Assembly (NCBI GenBank): GCA_017539425.1
Contig: JAFYHA010000061.1
Span: 1,043-65,042 of the forward strand
Direction of reading: 5' to 3'
Source: Clostridia bacterium
Lineage (GTDB): Bacteria; Bacillota; Clostridia; Oscillospirales; CAG-272
Length of the DNA: 64,000 nucleotides
In this document: positions 1-9,097 of the stretch, piece after piece
Layout: the number at the start of each line of letters is the position of its first letter
How positions within the stretch are numbered: position 1 is the stretch's first letter
The notes under the pieces: generated by a model
The model's database searches: none
Told to the model about the DNA's origin: nothing
Seen by the model: only the letters and a program-made list of their open reading frames with translations
Translations under genes and position numbers: made by a program

Positions 1-686
1 TCGCTCTGGCTCAGCGCCTGCTCGTGGGACAGGATCTCCCGGATGCCGGACAGTTCCGCGTCCTTCTTGACCAGCAGGCAGTGATCCACCTTGAGCCTGA
101 GGGACCGGACGATATAGACCGGACAGCTCTCGTCCCGGATCATGATGTCATAGACCTGCCGGACCGAACCCGACGTGCTGTTTTCCAGAGGCAGTACCCC
201 GTACCGGCACTCGCCGGACATCACGCTGGCGAACACGTCCTCAAACGAACGCTTGTACCGGATGTCGGGATTGATGAACAGCTTCTCGGCGGCATGCTGG
301 GAATAGGCTCCTTCCACACCCTGGCAGGCCACGGCCGCTTTCTCCGGAAAGAGCTGAGGCGTCTGCGTAAGGGCCTGGGCGATCTGTCCGGCCGTCCGGC
401 CGGACCCGCCCAGCACGCGGTGCTGGTTGGTTCTGGAGAGGGATGTCAGCGATTCGTACAGCGTACGGATATACGAGCCGTAGGTCTCCCCGCCGAGCGA
501 CTCCACCCGGTTGAGGAGCTCCTTTTCCCGTTTGGCGTCATACACCGGTCTGTTCTGTTCCTTCTTCCATTTCGCCACTTCTTCGGTCACCTGCAGGCGT
601 TTCACAAGCAGGTCCACCAGTTCGCGGTCGATCCCGTCGATCTCCCCGCGCAGGGCCTCCAGGTCCAGTCCTTTGTCCTTATCCAT
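1..686 (-). CDS. pheA: Bifunctional chorismate mutase / prephenate dehydratase, N-terminal part (continues beyond window start)
   Basis: Not in the ORF track because it is truncated. Manual translation from ATG at 686: MDKDKGLDLEALRGEIDGIDRELVDLLVKRLQVTEEVAKWKKEQNRPVYDAKREKELL (AroQ chorismate-mutase pattern). Further on come GVEGAYSQHAAEKLF and GVLPLENSTSGSV (prephenate dehydratase). The start overlaps the aroC stop (ATGGATAA). Confidence 0.8.
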   Translation of the reverse strand, partial: MDKDKGLDLEALRGEIDGIDRELVDLLVKRLQVTEEVAKWKKEQNRPVYDAKREKELLNRVESLGGETYGSYIRTLYESLTSLSRTNQHRVLGGSGRTAGQIAQALTQTPQLFPEKAAVACQGVEGAYSQHAAEKLFINPDIRYKRSFEDVFASVMSGECRYGVLPLENSTSGSVRQVYDIMIRDESCPVYIVRSLRLKVDHCLLVKKDAELSGIREILSHEQALSQS

Positions 687-1776
687 GATTGTACTCCTCC
701 AAGTCGAGCATCAGGTCCGTTACGGCGACGGCCAGCGCGGATTCCGCGACCGGCACGGCCCGCGGCGCGATACAGGGATCGTGGCGGCCCTGGACCCGGA
801 TCTCGACATTCTTCATTTCAGACAGTGAAACCGTGCGCTGCGTCCGGGCAATGGACGGCGTAGGCTTGACGGCGATCCGGCAGATCAGGGGCATCCCGGT
901 GGTCATGCCGCCCAGGATTCCGCCCGCGTGATTGCTTTCGGTCCGCACGGACCGGCCGTCGGTCACGTACGGGTCATTGTTTTCGGATCCGCGCAGTCCG
1001 CATACGGCAAACCCGTCCCCGAACTCCACGCCCTTGACGGCCGGGATCGAGAACAGCATCGAGGCGATGCGTCCCTCGGCTCCGGCAAACATATGGGTTC
1101 CGAGTCCTGCGGGAAGGCCTGTGGCCGCGCATTCCACAAGACCGCCTATGCTGTCCCCCGCTTCCCGCGCCTCCGCAATCCTTTTCTTCATCCGCTCTCC
1201 GGCATCCGTGTCCAGGACCGGAAACTCCGCCTGGGCGGTCTTTCCGAAATCCTTCGGATCCGTGAGGACCGGATCATAGGCCCTGTCGCGGACATCGCCC
1301 ACGGCCAGAAGATGCGCGCCGACATAGATTCCCTTTTCCTTGAGCCAGGTCTCGCACAGATATCCGGCCACGCACAGCAATGCGGTCAGCCGGCCGGAAA
1401 AGTGGCCTCCGCCCCGCAGATCCACTTCCGGCCCGTATTTCCGGATGGCGGGATAGTCCGCGTGTCCGGGACGGGGGCGGTCGTGTATGCTGTCATAATC
1501 GCCCGAATGCGGATCCCGGTTGCAGATCACGGCCCGGATCTCGCTTCCGTCCGTGGTCCCGTCCGGACCGATCCCGCTCCGGAATACCGGAACGTCGCTT
1601 TCCTTCCTTTGTGTAGACCAGGCGTTCTGTCCGGGCGCCCGGCGTTTCATATGCGCCGCGAGCGCATCCGGGTCCACCCTGACTCCTTTCGGAAAGCCGG
1701 ACAGGGTCATGCGGATCTCGGGATCATGAGAACCGCCCTCGACCGTGAGCCGGAGGTTCTGTCCATAGGTATCCAT
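679..1776 (-). CDS. aroC: Chorismate synthase
   Basis: 365 aa with RPGHADY, GGGHFSGRLTA and GGILGGMTTG motifs typical of AroC. Lies in an aro operon. Confidence 0.95.
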   Translation of the reverse strand: MDTYGQNLRLTVEGGSHDPEIRMTLSGFPKGVRVDPDALAAHMKRRAPGQNAWSTQRKESDVPVFRSGIGPDGTTDGSEIRAVICNRDPHSGDYDSIHDRPRPGHADYPAIRKYGPEVDLRGGGHFSGRLTALLCVAGYLCETWLKEKGIYVGAHLLAVGDVRDRAYDPVLTDPKDFGKTAQAEFPVLDTDAGERMKKRIAEAREAGDSIGGLVECAATGLPAGLGTHMFAGAEGRIASMLFSIPAVKGVEFGDGFAVCGLRGSENNDPYVTDGRSVRTESNHAGGILGGMTTGMPLICRIAVKPTPSIARTQRTVSLSEMKNVEIRVQGRHDPCIAPRAVPVAESALAVAVTDLMLDLEEYNHG

Positions 1777-1777
1777 A

Positions 1778-3076
1778 CTAGTCTGTCTCCTCCTGTTCCG
1801 GGATCCGGACCCCGAGGTCCGACCAGTATCCGGGCCAGGACTTGCTGACCGATTCCGCGTCCCGGATCCTTACGGATTCCTCCGCCGGGATCAACAGAGC
1901 CAGCAGTGAAGCCGCCATGGCCATCCTGTGGTCATGGAGCGCGTCCACGGCCGCCCCGTGAAGGGGTCTTCCGCCCAGTATTTCAAGTCCGTCCTTCGTC
2001 TCGGTCACACGGACGCCCATCGCGCCGAGCATCGAGGACAGTGCGCTCAGCCGGTCGGATTCCTTCAGGCGCAGGCGCTCCGCGTTGCGGATCACCGTCC
2101 GTCCCGAAGCCGCTGCCGCGACACAGGCCAGAGCCGGGATCAGGTCGGGAATGTCCCGGCCGTCGATCTCGATGCCGTGCATCCGTCCGGGCGCCACGGT
2201 CACGGAATTGTCCGCTTCCTTATACACTTTTGCGCCGAACGCGCTGAGTATGTCCACGACACGGCGGTCACCCTGCAGTGTCCTCAGCCGGATCCCGCTG
2301 ACGCGGACCGGATGTTTCCCGATCGCGCCGGCACACAGGAATACGGCAGACCCGGACCAGTCCCCCTCCGCCATATAGCAGCGGGGCCTGTGCAGGTGCT
2401 GGGCGCGGTTGCCCGGCATTTCCACCACGTTGCCTTCGAACTGCGGCGTCACACCGTAGGCGCTCAGGATGCCTGCGGTCAGCCGGATATAGGGTTCGGA
2501 TTCCACCGGACCCGTAATGGTCAGCCTGGATGGCTCCGGCATCAGGCTCATCGCGAACAGCATGCCGCTGATGAACTGGGAGGACACCTGTCCGGAGATC
2601 TCGAACGAGTCGCCCTCCAGTCTGCCCTCGCTGTGCAGTATGCCTTCCCCGTCGGTATACAGACGGACGCCGTGCTGTTCCAGAAGGTCGGTCAGGGGCT
2701 GCAGGGGCCGCTGGCCGAGTCTTCCCTCCCGCAGAAACCGGGCATGGATGCCGAACGCGGCCACGACCGGGATCAGGAACCTAAGGGTCGAGCCTGAGTC
2801 TCCGCAGTCCAGAACAGCCTCTTCCGGAATCGTCTGTACCGGCTCGATGACGCACTCGAACACACCGTCCTCGGATTCCCGGATGTCCCGGATCCCGGCG
2901 CCCAGCGCCTGCAGGCAGTGGATCGTGTGCAGGATGTCCGATCCCACCCTTCTAAACTTGATATGGGTGGACCGCAGGGAGAACGCGGCGCAGATCAGCA
3001 TCCGGTGCGCGATACTCTTCGAGGTCACAGCCTCCACGGTTCTGGGAAAATCCAGTTTTTGCAATACAAGTTCCAT
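1778..3076 (-). CDS. aroA: 3-phosphoshikimate 1-carboxyvinyltransferase (EPSP synthase)
   Basis: Start placed at the internal MELVLQKLDF, immediately after the aroB stop at 3078. Has SKSIAHRMLICAA, LDCGDSGSTLRFL and DHRMAMA motifs. Confidence 0.93.
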   Translation of the reverse strand: MELVLQKLDFPRTVEAVTSKSIAHRMLICAAFSLRSTHIKFRRVGSDILHTIHCLQALGAGIRDIRESEDGVFECVIEPVQTIPEEAVLDCGDSGSTLRFLIPVVAAFGIHARFLREGRLGQRPLQPLTDLLEQHGVRLYTDGEGILHSEGRLEGDSFEISGQVSSQFISGMLFAMSLMPEPSRLTITGPVESEPYIRLTAGILSAYGVTPQFEGNVVEMPGNRAQHLHRPRCYMAEGDWSGSAVFLCAGAIGKHPVRVSGIRLRTLQGDRRVVDILSAFGAKVYKEADNSVTVAPGRMHGIEIDGRDIPDLIPALACVAAAASGRTVIRNAERLRLKESDRLSALSSMLGAMGVRVTETKDGLEILGGRPLHGAAVDALHDHRMAMAASLLALLIPAEESVRIRDAESVSKSWPGYWSDLGVRIPEQEETD

Positions 3077-3077
3077 T

Positions 3078-4130
3078 TTACAATCCTTTTGTGAACCAGT
3101 CTTCCAGTTCCTCCGCGGGTACCGGGTGCAGTCCAACGTGACACATCCGGTCCGGGATCACGAGGCTGATCCTGTCCCCGGCCCGCTTCTTGTCGGACAT
3201 TGCGGCAAGAGCCAGTTCACGGGCGCTATATGCCGTCCGGTCCGGAAGTCCGAGCGCCCGGACCCTCTCTGCGGTCTTTTCGGGTACGTCCCCGGGGCAG
3301 AGTCCGAATGCCGCGGCAGCCCGTGCGGCCATGCACATGCCGATTGCGACGGCACTCCCGTGGGAGACTGTATAGTCCGAGCATTTTTCGATGGCGTGTC
3401 CGAAGGTATGTCCGTAATTGAGCAGCTGGCGTCTTCCCGTGTCCCGTTCGTCCTCCTCGACCACGTCCCGCTTGTCCTGTACGCAGCGGGCGATGATCCG
3501 CTCCGGGTCATCCCGGAACGGGGCACGCAGATCCTCATACAGTTCCGGATCCCCGATCAGGGCGTATTTCAGGATCTCGGCGCAGCCGTCTCCGAAGATC
3601 TCTTCCGGAAGTGTGGACAGAAGAGAGGTATCGCAAAGAACACCGACCGGCTGCCAGAAGGCGCCGAGCAGGTTCTTGCCCGCCTCCAGGTCCACGGCGG
3701 TCTTGCCCCCTACCGACGCGTCGACCATGGCCAGCACGGTCGTAGGGACCTGCAAAAACGGGATCCCGCGCAGATAGGTGGCCGCGGCAAACCCGGTCAG
3801 GTCGCCGGTCACTCCGCCGCCCAGGGCCACGCACAGGTCGGTCCGTGTCATATGCGCCAAAGCCATCCGGTCGATCAGTTCAAGATATGTGCGGGTGTTC
3901 TTGGAGGCTTCTCCGGCCGGAAATGTGAACCGCTCCACCCGGAATCCGGCAGCGGCCAGATTTTCCTCGGCGGTACGGCCGTAGAGCGCGTCCACCCGGG
4001 AGTCCGTGACGAGCATCACGGTCCCGGCCCGGGGGCAGAGACTGCGGGCCTTGCTGCCGAGTCCGGCCAGAAGGCCCTTCCCCACATCCACATTGTATTC
4101 ACGCGAAGCGTGTACGGTAATCGTTGTCAT
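3078..4130 (-). CDS. aroB: 3-dehydroquinate synthase
   Basis: 350 aa with GGGVTGDLTGFAAATYLRGIPFLQVPTT and GHTFGHAIE motifs. GAGGGAG RBS about 8 nt upstream. Confidence 0.95.
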   Translation of the reverse strand: MTTITVHASREYNVDVGKGLLAGLGSKARSLCPRAGTVMLVTDSRVDALYGRTAEENLAAAGFRVERFTFPAGEASKNTRTYLELIDRMALAHMTRTDLCVALGGGVTGDLTGFAAATYLRGIPFLQVPTTVLAMVDASVGGKTAVDLEAGKNLLGAFWQPVGVLCDTSLLSTLPEEIFGDGCAEILKYALIGDPELYEDLRAPFRDDPERIIARCVQDKRDVVEEDERDTGRRQLLNYGHTFGHAIEKCSDYTVSHGSAVAIGMCMAARAAAAFGLCPGDVPEKTAERVRALGLPDRTAYSARELALAAMSDKKRAGDRISLVIPDRMCHVGLHPVPAEELEDWFTKGL

Positions 4131-4143
4131 GGCACCGGCTCCC

Positions 4144-5007
4144 TCAGGTCTCGTCCTCGTTCTCCGAGGATTTGTCGACCCGTTCCTTGTCCAGGCGGCC
4201 CTCCCGGAGCAGTTCCTTCAGGCGGTCCCGGTCCCCGACCATCAGCGCGTCCCGGTATTCCATCAGGGCATGGATGATGTTCTCGACCTCGTCGAACAGG
4301 TTGTCCCGGTTCTCCATGAACAGTTCGGTCCACATCTCTTCATTGAGCCAGGCCACCCGGGTCAGGTCCTTGTAGGACCCGGCGGAGAATCCCTTGTGCA
4401 GCTGCGCGTTCGGGCTCTTGACATAGGCGTTGGAGACCACGTGGGCCAGCTGGGAGGTAAACGCGATGATCTGGTCGTGCTTTTCCGCGGTCGTCACGGT
4501 CAGGGTCGCGAAATGGACCGGTTCCAGGAGTTCCCGCAGCCGTTCGATCTTCTCCGGATGCCTGTCATCCTGGGGCACCACGACCATCGGAGCGCCCGTA
4601 AACAGATTGGCGCGGCTGTTCTCGTAACCCGAATACTGGGTGCCCGCCATCGGATGGCACCCGAAAAAGGTGAGTCCGTACTGTCTGGCAATCGAAAAAC
4701 CCGCTTTGCAGATCCAGCGTTTGGTGCCGCACAGGTCGATCGCGATGCAGTCGGGCTGCAGATAGGGTGCAATGTGAAGAAGATACTCGGCGGCCGCCCT
4801 GGGATAGACGGCCAGCATCAGGAGATCGCACTCCTGCACGGTCGTCTCGTTCAGCACTCCGTCCAGCACCTTTTCCTCCAGTGCGGCTTTCATGGTCTCT
4901 TCCCGGATGTCAAATCCGTATACGGTCTGCCCTTCGGCATGATAGGCTCTGGCCATGGATCCTCCGATCAGTCCGAGCCCGCAGATTCCTACTGTCATAT
5001 GTGTCAC
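4144..5007 (-). CDS. tyrA: Prephenate dehydrogenase
   Basis: N-terminal Rossmann ICGLGLIGGSMA, followed by a prephenate dehydrogenase-like core (HPMAG). GTG start at 5007; ATG at 4998 is an alternative. Confidence 0.88.
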   Translation of the reverse strand: MTHMTVGICGLGLIGGSMARAYHAEGQTVYGFDIREETMKAALEEKVLDGVLNETTVQECDLLMLAVYPRAAAEYLLHIAPYLQPDCIAIDLCGTKRWICKAGFSIARQYGLTFFGCHPMAGTQYSGYENSRANLFTGAPMVVVPQDDRHPEKIERLRELLEPVHFATLTVTTAEKHDQIIAFTSQLAHVVSNAYVKSPNAQLHKGFSAGSYKDLTRVAWLNEEMWTELFMENRDNLFDEVENIIHALMEYRDALMVGDRDRLKELLREGRLDKERVDKSSENEDET

Positions 5008-5047
5008 CGGCGCCTGCGCGCCGCTCCTTTCCTGAATGGCTTTGCCC

Positions 5048-6076
5048 TTACATCCTGTCCGCGATCTCGAGGATCAGTTTCTCGGACTTCTCCCAGCCCA
5101 GGCACGGGTCCGTGATGGATTTCCCGAACACGCCTTCCCCGGGTTTCTGGGCTCCGTCCTCCAGATAGCTCTCGATCATGAATCCGCGCAGCATTCCGCC
5201 GACATCGGCGTTGTGGCGCGCGCTGTACAGCACCTCCCGGCAGATCCGGGGCTGTTCGTCATAGCACTTGCCCGAGTTGGCATGGTTCGTATCCACGATG
5301 ACCCCGCGGTTGTGCAGCCCGGACTCCTCATAGAGTTCCACCAGGTTCACCAGATCCTCGTAGTGATAGTTCGGATGGGAATGCCCCAGGTGATCCACGA
5401 AGCCGCGCAGGATCGCGTGCGCATGCGGATTTCCGTCCGTCTCGACCGCCCATCCGCGGTAGATGAACGAATGGGAATGAGACGCGGCCGTGAGAGCGTT
5501 CATCATGATCGTCAGGTCGCCTCCCGTCGGGTTCTTCAGTCCGACCGGGACCTCGATGCCGCTGGAGACCAGCCGGTGTTCCTGGTCCTCCACGGACCGG
5601 GCGCCCACCGCGACATAGGACAGGATATCCGAAAGATACCGGTGGTTGGCCGGATACAGCATCTCGTCCGCGGTGCCCATACCGGTCTCCCGGAGCACGC
5701 GGGCATGAAGTTCCCGGATGGCCAGTATGCCCTTGAATACGTCCGGACGGCCGGTGGGATCCGGCTGATGCAGCATACCCTTGTATCCGCTCCCCGTCGT
5801 TCTGGGCTTGTTGGTATAGATCCGCGGGATCAGGAGCAGACGGTCTTTGACCTGTTCCTGGATCCGGGCCAGTCTGTGCACATACTCCATGACCGGTTCT
5901 TCCGCGTCCGCGGAACAGGGTCCGATGATCAGGATCAGGCGTTTGGACCGGCCTTCGAAGATCTCCGCCACCTCGCGGTCGAAGCGTTCCTTGTGTTCGG
6001 TCGCCTCCAAGGACAGCGGATATTTTTCCTTGACTTCCATCGGGATCGGAAGTTTGCGTATGAATGTCATTCCCAT
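5048..6076 (-). CDS. aroF: 3-deoxy-7-phosphoheptulonate (DAHP) synthase
   Basis: IIGPCSADAEEP ... IPRIYTNKPRTTGSGYKGMLHQPDP motif block of class I DAHP synthases. Start moved to MGMTF (6076), which has AGGAG 7 nt upstream. Confidence 0.9.
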   Translation of the reverse strand: MGMTFIRKLPIPMEVKEKYPLSLEATEHKERFDREVAEIFEGRSKRLILIIGPCSADAEEPVMEYVHRLARIQEQVKDRLLLIPRIYTNKPRTTGSGYKGMLHQPDPTGRPDVFKGILAIRELHARVLRETGMGTADEMLYPANHRYLSDILSYVAVGARSVEDQEHRLVSSGIEVPVGLKNPTGGDLTIMMNALTAASHSHSFIYRGWAVETDGNPHAHAILRGFVDHLGHSHPNYHYEDLVNLVELYEESGLHNRGVIVDTNHANSGKCYDEQPRICREVLYSARHNADVGGMLRGFMIESYLEDGAQKPGEGVFGKSITDPCLGWEKSEKLILEIADRM

Positions 6077-6134
6077 AGATGCGCTCCTGCACCGGGCGCA
6101 AGCGCCCGTAAAATAAATATGACTCACTGTACTG

Positions 6135-6168
6135 CAAAAAAGAGGCGGATGTCAATAGAAATCCGCCT
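6135..6168 (-). terminator. Rho-independent terminator after the carboxypeptidase gene
   Basis: On the minus strand: AGGCGGAT-loop-ATCCGCCT stem followed by CTTTTTTG. Confidence 0.7.
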
Positions 6169-6228
6169 TAATTTTCTGATTATTCATTTTTTGTTAATGG
6201 AATGTTCTTAATCTGAAGTCGTCAAGTC

Positions 6229-7599
6229 TCAGAGGTACCGGCTCATCCGCATCCGTCTCCGGAAGCGTACCCGCAAAAAAGCGGTCAGCGCGATCCCCAT
6301 GACCAGGAACGACACTGCGGACACCAGCACCACCGGATGGCTCTCCACCGATTTCGCGATGTGCAGCCATTTCGACAGCGAGGTCAGTTCAGCCGCCTCC
6401 GCCGTCATCAGCTTTTCCGTGGCCAGTGTCTCCCCGTTGTATTTCAGCCTCACGTATCCGATCTCCTTGCCGGCCCCGAAGGGCGGCTCCAGCGAGGGAC
6501 TGGCCAGCCTGACCTCGGACCCGGGCAGATCTCGGTACCCGATGCTCACCGGGGCAAAGATACGGACCTCGCTCATAACGGTGGCCGGCACGTCCGAAAC
6601 GATGGAGTAACCGGACAGCGGCACTCTCACAACAGTATCGCCGGGCTTCAGGACGGTCGTCCAGCCGAACTTCTGATAGGCCCAGTCAAGGAGCGTTTTC
6701 ACGGTCGTATACGAACTGACGGTACCGGAGGACAGTTCCTCCCCGCCCATGACCGCGACCAGGAACGAACCCTCCTCGCGATGCGTCCAGGTCACCGCGC
6801 ACCAGCCTCCCTCATCGGTATAGCCGGCGTTCATGCCGATGCATCTGGCGTCGTAATAGGCCCGGGTCCGGTGATCGGTCACCAGTTCATTCCGGTTGTA
6901 GAACTCCCGTGAGGGGCTCATTTCGGTGGCCGGGATCATGTAGGACTCGGTATTCATGATCGTGCGGTAGAGTTCAAGGCTGAGCCCGTAACGGGCCCAC
7001 AGCAGCACGTCCGCGGTCGTGGTGACCATTTTGGGGTCGTGCATTCCGGACGGATTGGTGAAGACCGTATCCCGGGCGCCGATGCTCACGGCCTTTTCGT
7101 TCATCCGCTCGATGAACGCCGTCAGGCTCCCGCAGGACACGATGGCCAGCGCCTGCGCGCAGTCGTTGTATCCGCCTACGATGAGACCGTACAAAAGATC
7201 CCGGACCGTCAGGCTTTCCCCCGCCTTGAGCTTGAGCGAGTTTCCCTGCACGCCCTGGATCATGGCCTGAGTGACCGTGACCGTTTCCTCCAGCCGGTAT
7301 TCCAGCAGTTCACAAGCGAGCGCCCCGCTCATGATCTTGACGGTAGACGCGGGATACCGGATCTCTCCGGCATCCAGGCTGTAGATCAGCTGGCCTGACG
7401 AAGTCTCGAATACGGCTGCGGACGCGACCTTTCCGGGGTCCGGATAGGTGACGAAAGAGCCCCAGAAGCCAAAGGCCTGAGGCTGTTCCGTATCGGGTTC
7501 CGCTCCGGCCGCCACGGTTCCGCCCAAAAGCAGAACAAGGGCCAGACACAGACAAAAGATGATCCTAAACCGGATGTTCGCTGAAATACCTTTCCGCAT
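6229..7599 (-). CDS. Serine-type D-Ala-D-Ala carboxypeptidase (PBP5/DacB-like) with N-terminal signal/TM and C-terminal TM
   Basis: SxxK active-site motif (ASTVKIM) and an SGM/NPSG block. Hydrophobic N-terminus IIFCLCLALVLLLGG. Start set at MRKGIS (7599); the track ORF extends to 7662 inside ribF. Confidence 0.85.
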   Translation of the reverse strand: MRKGISANIRFRIIFCLCLALVLLLGGTVAAGAEPDTEQPQAFGFWGSFVTYPDPGKVASAAVFETSSGQLIYSLDAGEIRYPASTVKIMSGALACELLEYRLEETVTVTQAMIQGVQGNSLKLKAGESLTVRDLLYGLIVGGYNDCAQALAIVSCGSLTAFIERMNEKAVSIGARDTVFTNPSGMHDPKMVTTTADVLLWARYGLSLELYRTIMNTESYMIPATEMSPSREFYNRNELVTDHRTRAYYDARCIGMNAGYTDEGGWCAVTWTHREEGSFLVAVMGGEELSSGTVSSYTTVKTLLDWAYQKFGWTTVLKPGDTVVRVPLSGYSIVSDVPATVMSEVRIFAPVSIGYRDLPGSEVRLASPSLEPPFGAGKEIGYVRLKYNGETLATEKLMTAEAAELTSLSKWLHIAKSVESHPVVLVSAVSFLVMGIALTAFLRVRFRRRMRMSRYL

Positions 7600-8521
7600 C
7601 CCGGATATCCTCCTGTATCGCCATACGAAGGGCTTCCGTCGTCTCAAAACGGATCTCGTCACGCAGACGTTTCAAAAACCGGACCGAGATCCTGGATCCG
7701 TACACCTCCCGGTCAAAGCCGAGAATGTGCGTTTCGCAGTTCAGTTCCCGTCCGGTGTCCACGGTGGGCCTGAATCCGACGTTTGAAACCGCCGGATAGA
7801 CGTTCCCGTCCACGACAGCCTGCGTAACGTAGATCCCGCGGCGCGGGATCACGCTGTCCGGTCCGAACCGCTGGTTGACCGTCGGAACGCCGAGTTCCCG
7901 GCCCAGATGATGGCCCTCATATACGACTCCGGTCAGTTCAAACGGCCGGCCGAGAAGAAGATCCGCGAGTTCCAGATCTCCGGCCCGGATCAGCCAGCGG
8001 ATACGGCTGGAACTGACCACTCCGCCCATACAGACCCTCCGGGGTTTGACGAGGCACGGATCAAACGTCAGCCTGAGGGTTTCCGGGGTCCCTGCCCCAC
8101 CTTTTCCAAACCGGAAATTGAATCCGCAAACCACGCCCTCGCACCGGCATTCGCCAAGCAGTCTTTCCCGTATGAACTGCTCCGGGGACATATCCCGGAC
8201 GTCTTCAAACCGGTCCAGGACGGCATACCGGATCCCCGCATCCCGGAACAGCTCCAGGCGCTGCTCCAGCGTGGTCAGATGCCCGACCGGAGCCTTGGAC
8301 AGAAAATCCGACGAAGGCCGTTCAAAGCACCAGACCGCCGGAACGATCTCCGTTTCCGGATTCTCTTTCTTCCCGCTTTTTTCGAGTCTGGACGCCAGAC
8401 GGACCACGGACTCCAGCAGCTCCCTGTGGGCCAGATGCACGCCGTCGAAATTGCCCAGACCCAGTACGGTCCGGGGACGTTCCAACGTTTCTTTTCCTGT
8501 GGACAGATCCAGATAGGTCAC
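7565..8521 (-). CDS. ribF: Bifunctional riboflavin kinase / FMN adenylyltransferase
   Basis: GNFDGVHLAHRELL adenylyltransferase motif. C-terminal kinase block GVPTVNQ ... ETHILGFDREVYG. Confidence 0.93.
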   Translation of the reverse strand: MTYLDLSTGKETLERPRTVLGLGNFDGVHLAHRELLESVVRLASRLEKSGKKENPETEIVPAVWCFERPSSDFLSKAPVGHLTTLEQRLELFRDAGIRYAVLDRFEDVRDMSPEQFIRERLLGECRCEGVVCGFNFRFGKGGAGTPETLRLTFDPCLVKPRRVCMGGVVSSSRIRWLIRAGDLELADLLLGRPFELTGVVYEGHHLGRELGVPTVNQRFGPDSVIPRRGIYVTQAVVDGNVYPAVSNVGFRPTVDTGRELNCETHILGFDREVYGSRISVRFLKRLRDEIRFETTEALRMAIQEDIRDAERYFSEHPV

Positions 8522-8817
8522 GGACGGACTCCCATATAGGACCGGACCAGTTCGTTCATCATCTCGTCCCGGTCAATGTCGCGCAGGAGTTTGCGGGCTT
8601 CCCCAACGTTCGTGATATAGGTCGGGTCCTCGCTGAGCAGATAGCCCACGATCTGGGCGACCGGATTGTATCCGCCCTCCTCAAGCAATTTGTATATCTT
8701 TTTCAAAGCTTCCCCGGACGAAAGACCATTCGGTTCGCTGTTGTTCGGTTCCATACTGTTCCGCGCTCTTCTCCTCTCCTTTGCGGAGCCGGGGAAAGTC
8801 GCTTCTCCTTTCTGCAC
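8518..8817 (-). CDS. IreB-family regulatory phosphoprotein (UPF0297)
   Basis: LKKIYKLLEEGGYNPVAQIVGYLLSEDPTYITNVGEARKLLRDIDRDEMMNELVRSY matches the UPF0297/IreB core. The start is ambiguous: GTG at 8817 or ATG at 8754. Confidence 0.8.
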   Translation of the reverse strand: MQKGEATFPGSAKERRRARNSMEPNNSEPNGLSSGEALKKIYKLLEEGGYNPVAQIVGYLLSEDPTYITNVGEARKLLRDIDRDEMMNELVRSYMGVRP

Positions 8818-8838
8818 AGCGGTTGTTTTTCCTTTTCC

Positions 8839-8867
8839 ATTCTATCATAGTCGGATTTTGAATGCAA
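8839..8867 (-). promoter_or_regulatory. Putative sigma-A promoter for ireB-ribF-dac
   Basis: Minus strand: TTGCAT-17 nt-TAGAAT with TG at the extended -10 position. Confidence 0.4.
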
Positions 8868-9030
8868 CTCTTTTTGCATGGGACGATCCTTCAAAAAAAG
8901 CCGGATCTTGCGTTCCTTCCCGTAAGGAGGCGCAAAGGAGGGATCCCAACCCAAGCGCATCTGCCGTACCATATGCGGTTCCCGCTCCGTGGCCAGCCCG
9001 GGCCTGAATTATTCTCCTCTCCAAAGCATG

Positions 9031-9059
9031 TTGACAAAAACGCATTTTTATGATATTAT
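9031..9059 (+). promoter_or_regulatory. Putative sigma-A promoter for the ATPase gene
   Basis: TTGACA-17 nt-TATTAT with an extended -10 TG (TGATATTAT). Confidence 0.5.
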
Positions 9060-9097
9060 AAAGTGAGATTTACTTTTTCATAATTTTGGAGGGTATA

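Noticed and set aside
24-863. 279-aa plus-strand ORF at the window start
   Set aside because: It overlaps the pheA and aroC coding regions on the opposite strand. It has no recognisable domain, whereas the minus-strand frames translate into clear chorismate mutase/prephenate dehydratase and AroC sequence.
2517-4277. 586-aa plus-strand ORF
   Set aside because: It spans the aroA/aroB/tyrA junctions on the opposite strand. It is Ser/Arg/Pro-rich with no domain.
8703-8972. 89-aa minus-strand ORF overlapping the ireB 5' region and its promoter
   Set aside because: It runs through the predicted ireB promoter and start, has no RBS, and is a basic low-complexity product.
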